A stretch of 63,871 bases of DNA, counting the filler, from Neolecta irregularis DAH-3 (Eukaryota): the NCBI GenBank assembly GCA_001929475.1. It is 13 parts of 13 records of this genome, joined end to end, with 100 filler letters (N's around TTAATTAATTAA, not from the genome) between each part and the next. Parts side by side here need not be neighbours in the genome. Positions count along the whole stretch, not along the records: positions 33,996 to 45,254 come from LXFE01000917.1; positions 45,355 to 46,693 come from LXFE01000918.1; positions 46,794 to 50,713 come from LXFE01000919.1; 10 more parts are not named here. The stretch is one strand, 5' to 3'. The notes beneath the pieces are model-generated. The model searched no databases. It saw only the letters and a program-made list of their open reading frames with translations, and had not been told where the DNA came from. Of this stretch, positions 41,420 to 50,813 are shown in pieces. Made by a program: the position numbers and the translations under genes. Positions within the stretch are counted from its first letter, which is position 1. Each line of letters starts with the position of its first letter.

Positions 41420-41565
41420 TGTATTATATAAAGTAGGTAGGCGTTCATTAGCCATTACCTAGCAAAGTTCAGTCACTTAGGCTAGGTATGTCCACGCGAA
41501 GTTCAGTCACTTGGGCTAGTATAATAAAACCTGGTCTTATTCGAACTCGAGCTTCAACACTTACA
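41420..41565 (+). mobile_element. LTR-like segment
   Basis: TGTA...TACA boundaries, TATA-like tatataaa, AATAAA, internal aagttcagtcactt repeat; similar 3' ends at 4648-4710 and 62831-62896; no TSD seen. Confidence 0.5.
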
Positions 41566-41657
41566 GGGTGAGACGGGAGAGCGAGGCGGGCGGGTGAGCG
41601 GGAGAGCGAGGCGGGCGGGTGAGCGGGAGAGCGAGGCGGGAGAGCGAGCAGGAGAGG
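41566..41657. repeat. Purine-rich minisatellite (gggtgagcgggagagcgaggc units)
   Basis: About three tandem copies; related GA/G-rich tracts at 42590-42800, 49420-49590, 50295-50700. Confidence 0.85.
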
Positions 41658-42192
41658 CGACCTACTAGTCAGTGCAGATGCAATCATCCGACTCACATCC
41701 GCTTCAGGGCCGACCAAGTACGAGAACCATTTCACCTAGAATGGTAGCCGGAAAGATGGTGAAGACCTGGTATTGAACAATTAGCCCTTGTAAAGGCAGT
41801 TTCAAGTTGGTTAAAGGGTCAGACATAGAGGACGCCACAAGCTGTGGGCGCCCTCCCAGTCCAAGACTTCTGATCCCCATGTGGAAAGTGTTCCACAGGG
41901 ACCAGTCAGATGATCTGACAGTGGCGCGCAAGGATGGGTATTTAGGCAGCGACAATTAATACCAACGGTTGTTACTATTAACGACCCTTGGCTACTAGAC
42001 GACCTAAAGACTCGCAGAGTACAGACCATAGCGGTCAGATACTCACAATGAGACTACACGTTGTCGGGAGAATGATATCCCATGAGACGGCATCCAAAAT
42101 CGTTAAAGTATCAAAAGGCCTGTTGTTTGTTTTTGCTGGATTAGTCGTCCTTGCCTCAGTTGCATGGTTCATACTTCCAAGTTGTACTTCGT

Positions 42193-42554
42193 GTATCGAG
42201 AGTACGGATCCTGCAAGTGAAGGTATATCGTGATAGTTCAATTACCAACGAAAGGTGTAGAAATAGATGTAACGGGTTGGTCGGAAGACCTATTTAGAGA
42301 ATTTTTGGAAAAAGTACATCCGGTATCAATCTCATTCGCTTTACTATGGCTGATATCCGTTAGCAGTTTCAAAGTATCGAGAGTACGGATCCTACAAGTG
42401 AAGGTATATCGTGATAGTTCTATTACCAACGAAAGATGTAGAAATAGATGTATCGGGTTGGTCGGAAGACCTATTGAGAGAATGGATGGAAAAAGTACAT
42501 CCGGTATCAATCTCATTCGCTTTACTATGGCTGATATTCGTTAGCAGTATCAAA
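42193..42554 (+). repeat. 181-bp tandem duplication within a decayed membrane-protein fragment
   Basis: Units start at 42193 and 42374 (gtatcgagagtacggatcct...ttagcagt), each containing an intron-like gtatca...ttag segment. Confidence 0.9.
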
Positions 42555-42814
42555 ATCGAGAACTTCGAAGATAAGGATGAGTATATTAATGGGTGAGGAG
42601 AGGGCAGTAACAGGCAAGGAGGGTGGAGCCATAACGGGCAAGGAGGACGGGCGAGGTGGGCAGGGCTGGGCGAGGAGGGCGGGGCGATAACGGCCAAGGA
42701 CGGTAGAGCAATAACGGGCGAAGAGGATGGGGCAATAACGGCCAAGGAGGGCAGCGCGATAACGGGAGAGGAGGGCGGGTCGGGATCAGGAGGGCGAGCG
42801 GCAGTTTGCATTTA

Positions 42815-43810
42815 GCCCTTAATGTTTCAAGACTTTGACGAACCACGGACTCAAGATCGGCAATCATCTCAACGTGGGTATCTTGAGCTCGCCCTTGAGC
42901 GCAGTAGTCTGCAGCTTCAAGATCCATACTAATGACCAAGCTCGCGAGCGATGGTTGAGGTGACCCGGGTGCTAACGTCTGCACCATGAACATTCAATTG
43001 TATTGGGGAGTTAGATTGCTGTTGACTCCACCCAACTTTTTATTGATTTTTAGAAAAAGATTACAAGCAAATTGCAGGGAAGCCTATCAGATCAGCCATG
43101 TGTTCAATCTATTGAGCAGAGGTACCTTCAAAACATTTCTTGTCAGAGCAACTTGGCACATAACTCCAAGGTCTATATCACAAGATCCCTTGATTCTATT
43201 ATACAGTTCAGTATTTCTAAAGGAGTAAAGGGAAAGAAAGAAATCAACAGAGGCCTTTTTGCCTGATCTTTGCCATGCAGAATTGCCGATGTTGTGTAGA
43301 ACAGTCGTAATATTTGTCTGTGCGTTTGCGTTTTCAATGATGGGAGATGTAACGTTAAATATCATGCCGCTCTCTCGGCCGCAGGGAGTCAACTAGTCAA
43401 CAAATCGACAGAGTTGTTCTGCGTTGCAATGACGTTGACTGTCGAGGATTACAATAGCCCAGTTATTTATGACTTTAGGCTAGATTGATGAGGATAACTC
43501 AAGGGCTGTAGGAACATACTTTGATGAATCTGATATGTTTGAGATCCCATTGTACATTATCCCGGATCTGGGCGCATTTGTTGCCAAACTGGACGTCAGG
43601 TTTGGGTAAAAGTCGTCCCTGGACAGAGATCATTTTCGTGTCGACCTGCAAGCCGTAGTGGCGAAGCATGGAGTTTTTAGATCGATCGATCAATCAAGTG
43701 AGTCGACATTTCTAGAAATCTGGGCTTTTCGATCATTAGGCCTCATTGCTGCGACTTTAATTAAAGTGCTTGTGATATCCTGGGCAAGAACTCCATTGTA
43801 GCGTTGACCC
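42815..43810 (-). pseudogene. Argonaute fragment (L2-MID-start of PIWI), disrupted
   Basis: GQRY, YGLQVDTKMISVQGRLLPKP, YNRIK...LGVMCQ, NLFLKINKKLGGVN, out-of-frame GADVS, PSLASLVISMD; introns retained; stops and frameshifts. Confidence 0.88.
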
Positions 43811-44599
43811 TAAGCTTACAGTCTTCACATCCAAGAATTATACGGGATGCATGATGCAGAACTCAAGAGGAAAAATAGATAGGCGAGGAAGTGGAGCGTG
43901 ACAGAGGACGGGGGTAGAGGCGGTAGAGGGGAGACCAGCGAGGCAGTGTACAGCGACACAGGAGAGGCGTCAGTAGCCTGCAGGCAATACCCGGTGAGCA
44001 GTGCGCAGACGAAACGGTGGTACTCGAAGATACGGCGGTCAGCAGGCACCAGCGGCTCCGGCAGAAACGGCTGGCAACCGCCCGGTGCTTGTAGAGCTCG
44101 AAGCGGCCATCGGAGGAGTGCTTACGCCTTGCCGGAGCGGGCGAGGTCTGTAGTTCGGGCGACCAGGTGCGCGAAACCGTAGTGCTGTGACTACGGGTGA
44201 GCCAGGCGGCTGTACGCAGCGCAGCTCGGGCGGCAGAAGACGGTGGCATGAGAAGGGCTCGCGGACGAGCACGGTAACGCAGAGCCCGCGTCTGCCTGGA
44301 TGTCTTCGCTGAGGGCCCGAGCGATATCACGCGGAGAAGCGACGGGGATGAAGAAAGCTGCCCAGAGGCGAAGAGCGACGGTTCAACAACGCCGGATCCT
44401 GCAGGAGCGCGCTGGGTGACAATGAGAGGAGGGATGAAAAGAAAGGGGAGGGTGGATCGGGGGAGGAGGCATCCGAGCAGATATAGTTTAGCAGGTCTGG
44501 GTGGTCGCCGTGGAGAAGCAAAGGCCGTAGTCGTGGGGGCAGGCAAAGTCCTGGGGGGCTTGAGATAGCAGCGGCTTGGTTCCTCAAGGTAGCCCTGCA

Positions 44600-44860
44600 T
44601 GTGCAGCAGGAGATTGAAGGCGAGAAGGAAATCGGAGTTGAATAGCACGCCTAGGACTCCTGTGCGCTGCCAGCCGTAGGTGTACTTTGACGACGTCTTT
44701 CTGCTCCAGGCAAGCTTTACAGCGTACAGCCCCTTGATGAATGAGAAAAACTCATTGATCATGCCAAATGAATTGGCAACCAGCGACAGGGAAGGGATCA
44801 TGTAGCCATAGATGATCTCAAACCCAAAGGAAACCAAGTCAATGGCCAGCAGGGTGGTGA
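44600..44860 (-). pseudogene. CDF zinc transporter (Zrc1/Cot1-like) N-terminal fragment
   Basis: FEIIYGY..SLSLVANSFGMINE...YTYGWQRTGVLGVLFN versus consensus SLALVADSFHMLND...YTYGWQRAE.LGAL.N. Confidence 0.8.
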
Positions 44861-45048
44861 TGTGGGTGGACCACAAAAGAGGCAACCACTGGGTGGGCCA
44901 AGTCCACTGAGTCCTCATACCACACTGGTATTTGGTCATTCTTGGTTGACTTGCATATAGAGTAAATCATTTACATACAGGTAGCTTATAGGTTGTGTAT
45001 ATACTTACACTAAGAGGTGGTCAGTTGCACTGTTTATCAGTCTATTAT

Positions 45049-45254
45049 TGTAAGCACTCCAAGGATCTGGGCAATCAGGTTACACAGGGCGATCGTGTTA
45101 CACGGTGGCGATTGGGTTACACGAATGGACTGGGTGGATCTGGAGTAACACTCAGAACTGGGATGCTAGCAAGCAACAATAAACAAGTCTACTATCTCAG
45201 TAGTTACAAAGTGAGAATAGTTAGGTATGGTGGTTAGCAAGCTATTTAAATAAG
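45049..45254 (-). mobile_element. LTR-like 3' half, truncated by gap
   Basis: On minus strand: tatttaaatagc TATA-like box, internal gtgtaac repeats, ends ...gcttaca. Confidence 0.45.
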
Positions 45255-45354
45255 NNNNNNNNNNNNNNNNNNNNNNNNNNNNNNNNNNNNNNNNNNNNTT
45301 AATTAATTAANNNNNNNNNNNNNNNNNNNNNNNNNNNNNNNNNNNNNNNNNNNN

Positions 45355-45452
45355 TGACATGTACTACAAGGCTTGTTTTTATCACATTTTGTCTTTCTTT
45401 GGCGGCATTTCTGACATGCAATCACGGTGCGAGTGCCAATTGGGGAGATCAT
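45355..45452 (-). CDS. Zn(II)2Cys6 transcription factor, N-terminus only
   Basis: MISPIGTRTVIACQKCRQRKTKCDKNKPCSTC then gap. Confidence 0.8.
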
Positions 45453-46338
45453 AGTTTTGAAAGACAGAGATGGGACGACGGTGGCGGATATTGAAAGAAG
45501 AGATGGACTATTGGAACGAAATTTTGGTTTCCTAGTATTATCATTGTTAGCTTTGGTTCTAACGGTCTGGGTCGAGAAACGAACAATATCTAACCTCAAA
45601 GTGGAAACCTGCTCCATAGGTTATTGTTGCGAATTCTCTTTTAGGAATTGTTCGGCTTCGGTCTGTTGAACACAAAAGCTAAGATCGTATGCGCTAATCG
45701 CAATGGTATGACCCGAATTTCTGGCAAATTGAAACTGGGATTAGATTGATACCTAGGACATACTTAGTGCTGATAGTATCTTATATCAGATAGATGCGCA
45801 ATCGCCATGTTCATTTCCACCAACTTAGAAAAATTTCAATTTAGTGTCAGAGGTTACTCATAAGTGGATTGATTAAATATCAAGTATTCAGAGATTCCAA
45901 TCATCCCTTACGGTCCCTATGCGTGTAGAAAGCCGTCAGTTTAGTGTCAGAGGTAGCTTATAAGTGAATCGATTAGATATTCATGCAGAAGACCGATATT
46001 CCAACCGTCCCTTACCGTCCCAACTCGCGCCAGAATGCGGTTGACAAATTCGTTGCTGCCTTTTATCAATTGATCTTCAAATGCAAGGTAGAGATAAACT
46101 ATGGCGCCCTTAGCGATTCCTTCATATTTGATTTTGGTGTGCGCTCCTTATTAGTTCGTGTCAATTTTGTATCTTTCAAATTTATTTGCTGAAGCCACTT
46201 CTTGACCAGGCCATGAATGGTCTCAGGGAAAATTTGACGCTGGCTAGAATCCACTAGACAAGGGCCTAAATTTCCGCTTTACTCGTATTTACAATTGCGA
46301 GAATTTGGGGATTTCCAGATAAATGGCGTACTGCAATA

Positions 46339-46470
46339 CAGTGATGGCAACAGCGTTCCTAACCGACTGGACCAAATAGACCGTCCAAGTAGACCAGACC
46401 AGACCGGCAATAATTTTGGTCCAGACGGACCAGACCAAAGGTCAAAGTCGGTCTGGACGGTCTGATAGAC
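46339..46470 (+). mobile_element. hAT-like element left end with subterminal GACCA repeats
   Basis: CAGTGATGGCAA terminus resembling other CAGTG ends; clustered agaccagacc/ggtctgg motifs. Confidence 0.55.
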
Positions 46471-46793
46471 TTAATAATTCATATACATAGTTAATAGTTA
46501 AGAATAAATAGTAGAAGAGAAAGGGTACTTGGTTAAGGGAATCTTGTAGGAGCGAGGCAAATTGAAGTTGGCTTTAGCAGTGAAGAAAATCTCAAAATTG
46601 GTAGTGGCGGTGGTAGTGGTGGTGGGGGTGGCGGTAGTAGGAGTAGTGGTAGTAGCGGTACCTTGATCTATATTGCACCTCTTTGACTTCAGGNNNNNNN
46701 NNNNNNNNNNNNNNNNNNNNNNNNNNNNNNNNNNNNNTTAATTAATTAANNNNNNNNNNNNNNNNNNNNNNNNNNNNNNNNNNNNNNNNNNNN

Positions 46794-47306
46794 GCATGCA
46801 TCCTTGACGGATGTGAACCAATGCGAACGGCATGGCGGGCAATTCCGTCAACCTATAACAAACATCGATACAGGATGAGATCTTCATTGGATGAATTGGT
46901 GAATACATTTTAGCAGAGTTTAAGTAACTGCTAGTACTCAATTCAATCTCCTTCCAAGTATCAACAGGAGGCAATCAATATTATCGCAAAACTTGCAGCT
47001 GCAGAGGGTTGTTCAATAGCTTTGGCAAAAACGAAACTTTTAGACGCACTGCGACCTCTTGGATATTCAGCAAAACAATTGACAAAAGGGCTCAAGGTTA
47101 TCCCTTGGTCAAAACCCAATGATGCATCATTAATACTTCATACCGCTAAAATCTTCAAGTCTACACCAGAATTGTCCACTCCTTTGTTAGAGCACCAAAC
47201 TGTTCGCGAACAATCAGCATCTGTAGCAACAAATCACTATGCGAACGTTGTCCGCCATAGTGGAAATGAAAAGCAGCAGGAACAAGTATTTACACCACCT
47301 TTCTGA
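46794..47306 (+). CDS. Hypothetical protein, 3' part
   Basis: Open frame CILDGCEPMRTAW...DEL joined by a 36-nt gtgaat...ctag intron to YSIQSPSKYQQEA...FTPPF*. Confidence 0.4.
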
Positions 47307-47923
47307 AATTATCAAATGGAAAACGGATAGTCGAACCAAGTTCTTGCTCCCATCATACTTTCACACCGATATTCCCTAATAAGATAGCCAAATGTTGAGT
47401 ATACATCAAATGTAAATATTTGGCAAAACATAATCAACAAAATATATTTTACAAAAGAGTAGTCTATAATTTCCAGATCCTCAAGCGAATAATAGAGTTA
47501 GGGTTAGGGTTAACAAATCGAGATCAGCGCAACTTGACCCGAACAGAGGAACCAAGATCAAAAATCAGGAAGGTGGCCCGTTCCCTTAATGACTCAGGAG
47601 TTCACCGTACGGGCAGGAGGGGCGTCGCTCGGGGTCCCAGCCATTACCACACATAATTTAGACAGAACAAGTACGATCGATGTTATACAGACTAGGGCGT
47701 TCATGTTTGAGTATTTGAAATCAAGAAACAACTCCAGTTTCCGTCCCTTTTATCACCTTTTTAGGCACCTCTATGATCGGAACGATCTTGCATTTTCATC
47801 CGGATTTGGTAGCTGGATCCTAATTAGGCATGTGGTTAGTTGGAGGCGTTCTTCCAAACTCTTCCGAAATAACCCAAAGAAGGCATCGGTACCCTCCACA
47901 TTCTCTACTAGTGTGAAATGTAA

Positions 47924-48529
47924 GGGTGCGTTCGCAGCCACAAGATTGACCCACTGCACCAAAGCAAGTTCACATAAAGACAACGTAGCAGATACTGAGT
48001 TCCAATACCTTTGTCGAAACGAGAAAGAGCATCGCACCAATTTATTCATGTAACTGAGATCAGTTTAAGAATCTGTCGCACGGCCAACGTAATACAGTCG
48101 AACCTGCTAATAACGAATGCGGCGTTCAAGGGTTAAATTCATTATAAATTCGTTCTGTCTGACATAAATATTCCTCGTACTAATTAATTTTGAAAACCAG
48201 AGTCCATTATCAGTAATAAACGACGAGTCGTCAACCACTGTCGCTCCATTTGCAGCGTTTATAAGATCATCATGTCTCCGTTTTGCTGTGGTCATATTGG
48301 GAAGAGTAAGAGTACCTTCCGTTGCCGGGTGTAATGCTGCACGGTGGATTGCTAACCAGTCCATCAACCCAGGCGCCGCATCTTGCCGGTGAGGATATGG
48401 ACGAGCAGCATCCACAAGCACTTTTGCGAGCCAAAGTTGCGATGAATGATTGACGTATTGGTTTGAAGTACGATATCCCCTGTTTTAGAAAATGGAGATA
48501 TTCTTTTTGTGTGGCTGGCGAACGCAGCC
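47924..48529. mobile_element. Non-autonomous PIF/Harbinger-type element, 606 bp
   Basis: TIRs GGGTGCGTTCGC-AGCCAC / GTGGCTGGCGAACGCAGCC flanked on both sides by TAA. Confidence 0.85.
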
Positions 48530-48666
48530 TAAACTAGTTTGATATTCAAAAGTTTTAAACTTGTTGGATTAACTCCCAAAACTCCTTGGCAACTGAATCC
48601 ATATCACTTCTTTAACAAAGTGTAACAAGAGGAAGTGGTCAAGTGGGAGAGAGGGGTGAGGGCAAG

Positions 48667-48828
48667 CAGTGTTGGGGATGGACCGCGCCAGTGGCTTGGT
48701 CCTAGCACCCATGGGCATTAATAGGAAGTGTGATCAGGGCAGTTGCCTAAGCTGCCTGCTGGCCCATTGTCAATTCAGGCCCATGGGCGCTACGCCCAAG
48801 CCACTGGCGCGGTCCATCCCCAACACTG
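48667..48828. mobile_element. hAT-type MITE, 162 bp
   Basis: Perfect 33-bp TIR CAGTGTTGGGGATGGACCGCGCCAGTGGCTTGG; 8-bp TSD AGGGCAAG at 48659-48666 and 48829-48836. Confidence 0.95.
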
Positions 48829-48899
48829 AGGGCAAGCAGGTGTATGGCATCTGTGGAGGGCAAGGATCAAATGGCAGAATGGCTGGAGGAGGTGGGTAT

Positions 48900-49358
48900 A
48901 GCAGGGTTGGGGTTGGTGTTGGTGTAGCACAGAGGATGGGCGTGGGAGAGGCGACGGGAGGAGAGGTCTGGGCGGGGGCCTCGGGGAGGAGTTGGGAGTC
49001 TTGAGAGCGGTGCCTGTGGCCTGGCCGACCTGGACATAGCTAAAGGCATTGGTCTCGTTGCCGCACATGTCTGAGGGATAGCCGGGACATGGCCGGGAGC
49101 AATCTTCAACGGGCTGCGCAGGGCGGGAAACAGGATGTAGCACCAGCACTGCGGGCCCTAGATGATCGCAAAGGCCTCGGCGATGCAGGTCTGGGTGCAG
49201 GCCCCAACGGACTGGAAGACGGAGAATGAGGCATTTCCGGTGGACGTGTTTTGCGAGGAGCAGAAGGGGAAGTACTCGGCGCCCAGGGGCAGCGCCGCAG
49301 CGGCTGGAAGAGTAGCAGGAGGACAGTGGGCGGGTGCATCGGACGGACGGCAAGCGTA
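48900..49358 (-). pseudogene. WSC-domain (Wsc1-like sensor) gene fragment
   Basis: FCSSQNT...FQSVGACTQTC...FAII*GPQCWC then frameshift to CSRPCPGYPSDMCG; Ser/Thr/Pro tail. Confidence 0.8.
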
Positions 49359-49419
49359 AGTTGTTGAACCTAATCCTTAACGGTCTGGTGGTGAGCAGCC
49401 ACGCAAAGCGAGATAGGTG

Positions 49420-49682
49420 CGCGAGGCGGGAGAGACGGGCGGGTAAGAATGGAGAAGCGGGCGAGGTAGGAGCGAGAGGTGGAAACGGGCATGCCGCGTC
49501 TGGAGGGCGAGATAGGAGAGGCCGGCGAGACGCGCTGACGAGGCAGGTAGGCAGGCAGTAAGGGAGTAGACATGGGAGGAGAAGGGCTGCATAGTATTAT
49601 TTAGTATCACTTGAAAAAGCCCGTTTCGGCCCATCGGCCGATGGGCCGGGCTTTTAATGGGTCGGGCTCATTGCCAACACTG
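49420..49682 (+). mobile_element. hAT-like element right end with GA-rich interior
   Basis: Ends ...ttgccaacactg; subterminal GGCCC/GGGCC motifs; 49486-49604 block repeated at 50581-50713. Confidence 0.7.
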
Positions 49683-49778
49683 GACCTGTCAAACATTGAA
49701 TAATTGGTTGAAATCTAAAGTCTGTTTCTTGAACGGACTATCCATTCATGTATGCTTGACAGCTGGCCATGGTAGTTC

Positions 49779-49879
49779 GTCTTCATGGTGTAGTTGGGAG
49801 CATGCCAGACTGAAGTGTCTGTTCTCTTGAACGGTTATTTGCAATCTGTTGGTCGCTGGTTCGAACCCGGCTGAGGACA
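49779..49879 (+). tRNA. tRNA-Phe(GAA) with 28-nt intron (49816-49843)
   Basis: Acceptor GTCTTCA/TGAGGAC, D-arm TGGTGTAGTTGGGAGCAT, anticodon GAA 49812-49814, GGTTCGAACC B box, downstream T7 terminator. Confidence 0.93.
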
Positions 49880-50197
49880 GCTTTTTTTCTCTTATCCTTC
49901 TTTTTAGCAGGATAGATGGATGTTTATATTGAGTAGGCTACTTTGATCGAACAGGCGGATTGTGAATAAAAGAGTAAAGTATTTCATATACAGGTGGATA
50001 GGGATTTTTTATGCCACGTGTCAATGTCACATGTACATAAAATGGTTCCAAATCATTGATGCCAACGATGAAAGTACTCTAGCATTTGCGCAAAAGGGTT
50101 AGAAGTGACCCAGTAAGATTGATTAATGATATCCAGTGGATGTTTATTTTCCCATTTGAGTAAGAGAGATTGAAATATAATGCATCCCACACCCAAG

Positions 50198-50713
50198 CAG
50201 TGTTGCAAATGGACCAAAGTCTGGTCCATGGACTTCTCGGAGGGTAGGCCCAATCCATGGACTGGTCAAATGACTACCATTTTCCTGATAAGAGGAGAGA
50301 TGGGCGGGCGAGGCATGTGAGGTGGGTGGAATGGGCTGGAGACGGGCGAGACAGGAGCTCGAGATGGGAGGGGGGCGCGAGATTGGTGCTTGAGACTGGA
50401 AGGACGGGCGAGACGGACAAGCGGGACGGGCGGGACAGGAAGGAGGGACGGGCGAGACGGACAAGCGGGACGGGCGGGACAGGAAGGAGGGACGGGCGGG
50501 ACAGGAAGGAGGGACGGGTGGGATGGGAAGGAGGGACGGGTGGGATGGGAAGGAGGGACGGGTGGGATGNNNNNNNNNNGACGGGCATGCCGCGTCTGGA
50601 GGGCGAGATAGGAGAGGCCGGCGAGACGCGCTGACGAGGCGGGCAGGCGAGGCAGGTAGGCAGGCAGTAAGGGAGTAGACATGGGAGGAGAAGGGCTGCA
50701 TAGTATTATTTAG
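50198..50713 (+). mobile_element. hAT-like element left end with purine-rich minisatellite interior, truncated by gap
   Basis: CAGTGTTGCAAATGGACC terminus, ccatggac subterminal repeats, gggacgggcgggacaggaagga units, shares about 120 bp with 49486-49604. Confidence 0.7.
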
Positions 50714-50813
50714 NNNNNNNNNNNNNNNNNNNNNNNNNNNNNNNNNNNNNNNNNNNNTTAATTAATTAANNNNNNNNNNNNNNNNNNNNNNNNNNNNNNN
50801 NNNNNNNNNNNNN

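Noticed and set aside
47498-47512. TTAGGGTTAGGGTTA telomere-like motif
   Set aside because: Only about 2.5 units; too short to call an interstitial telomere
46339-49682. Pairing the CAGTGATGGCAA left end with the TTGCCAACACTG right end as one 3.3-kb hAT element
   Set aside because: Flanking 8-mers differ (ctgcaata vs gacctgtc) and an assembly gap lies between them
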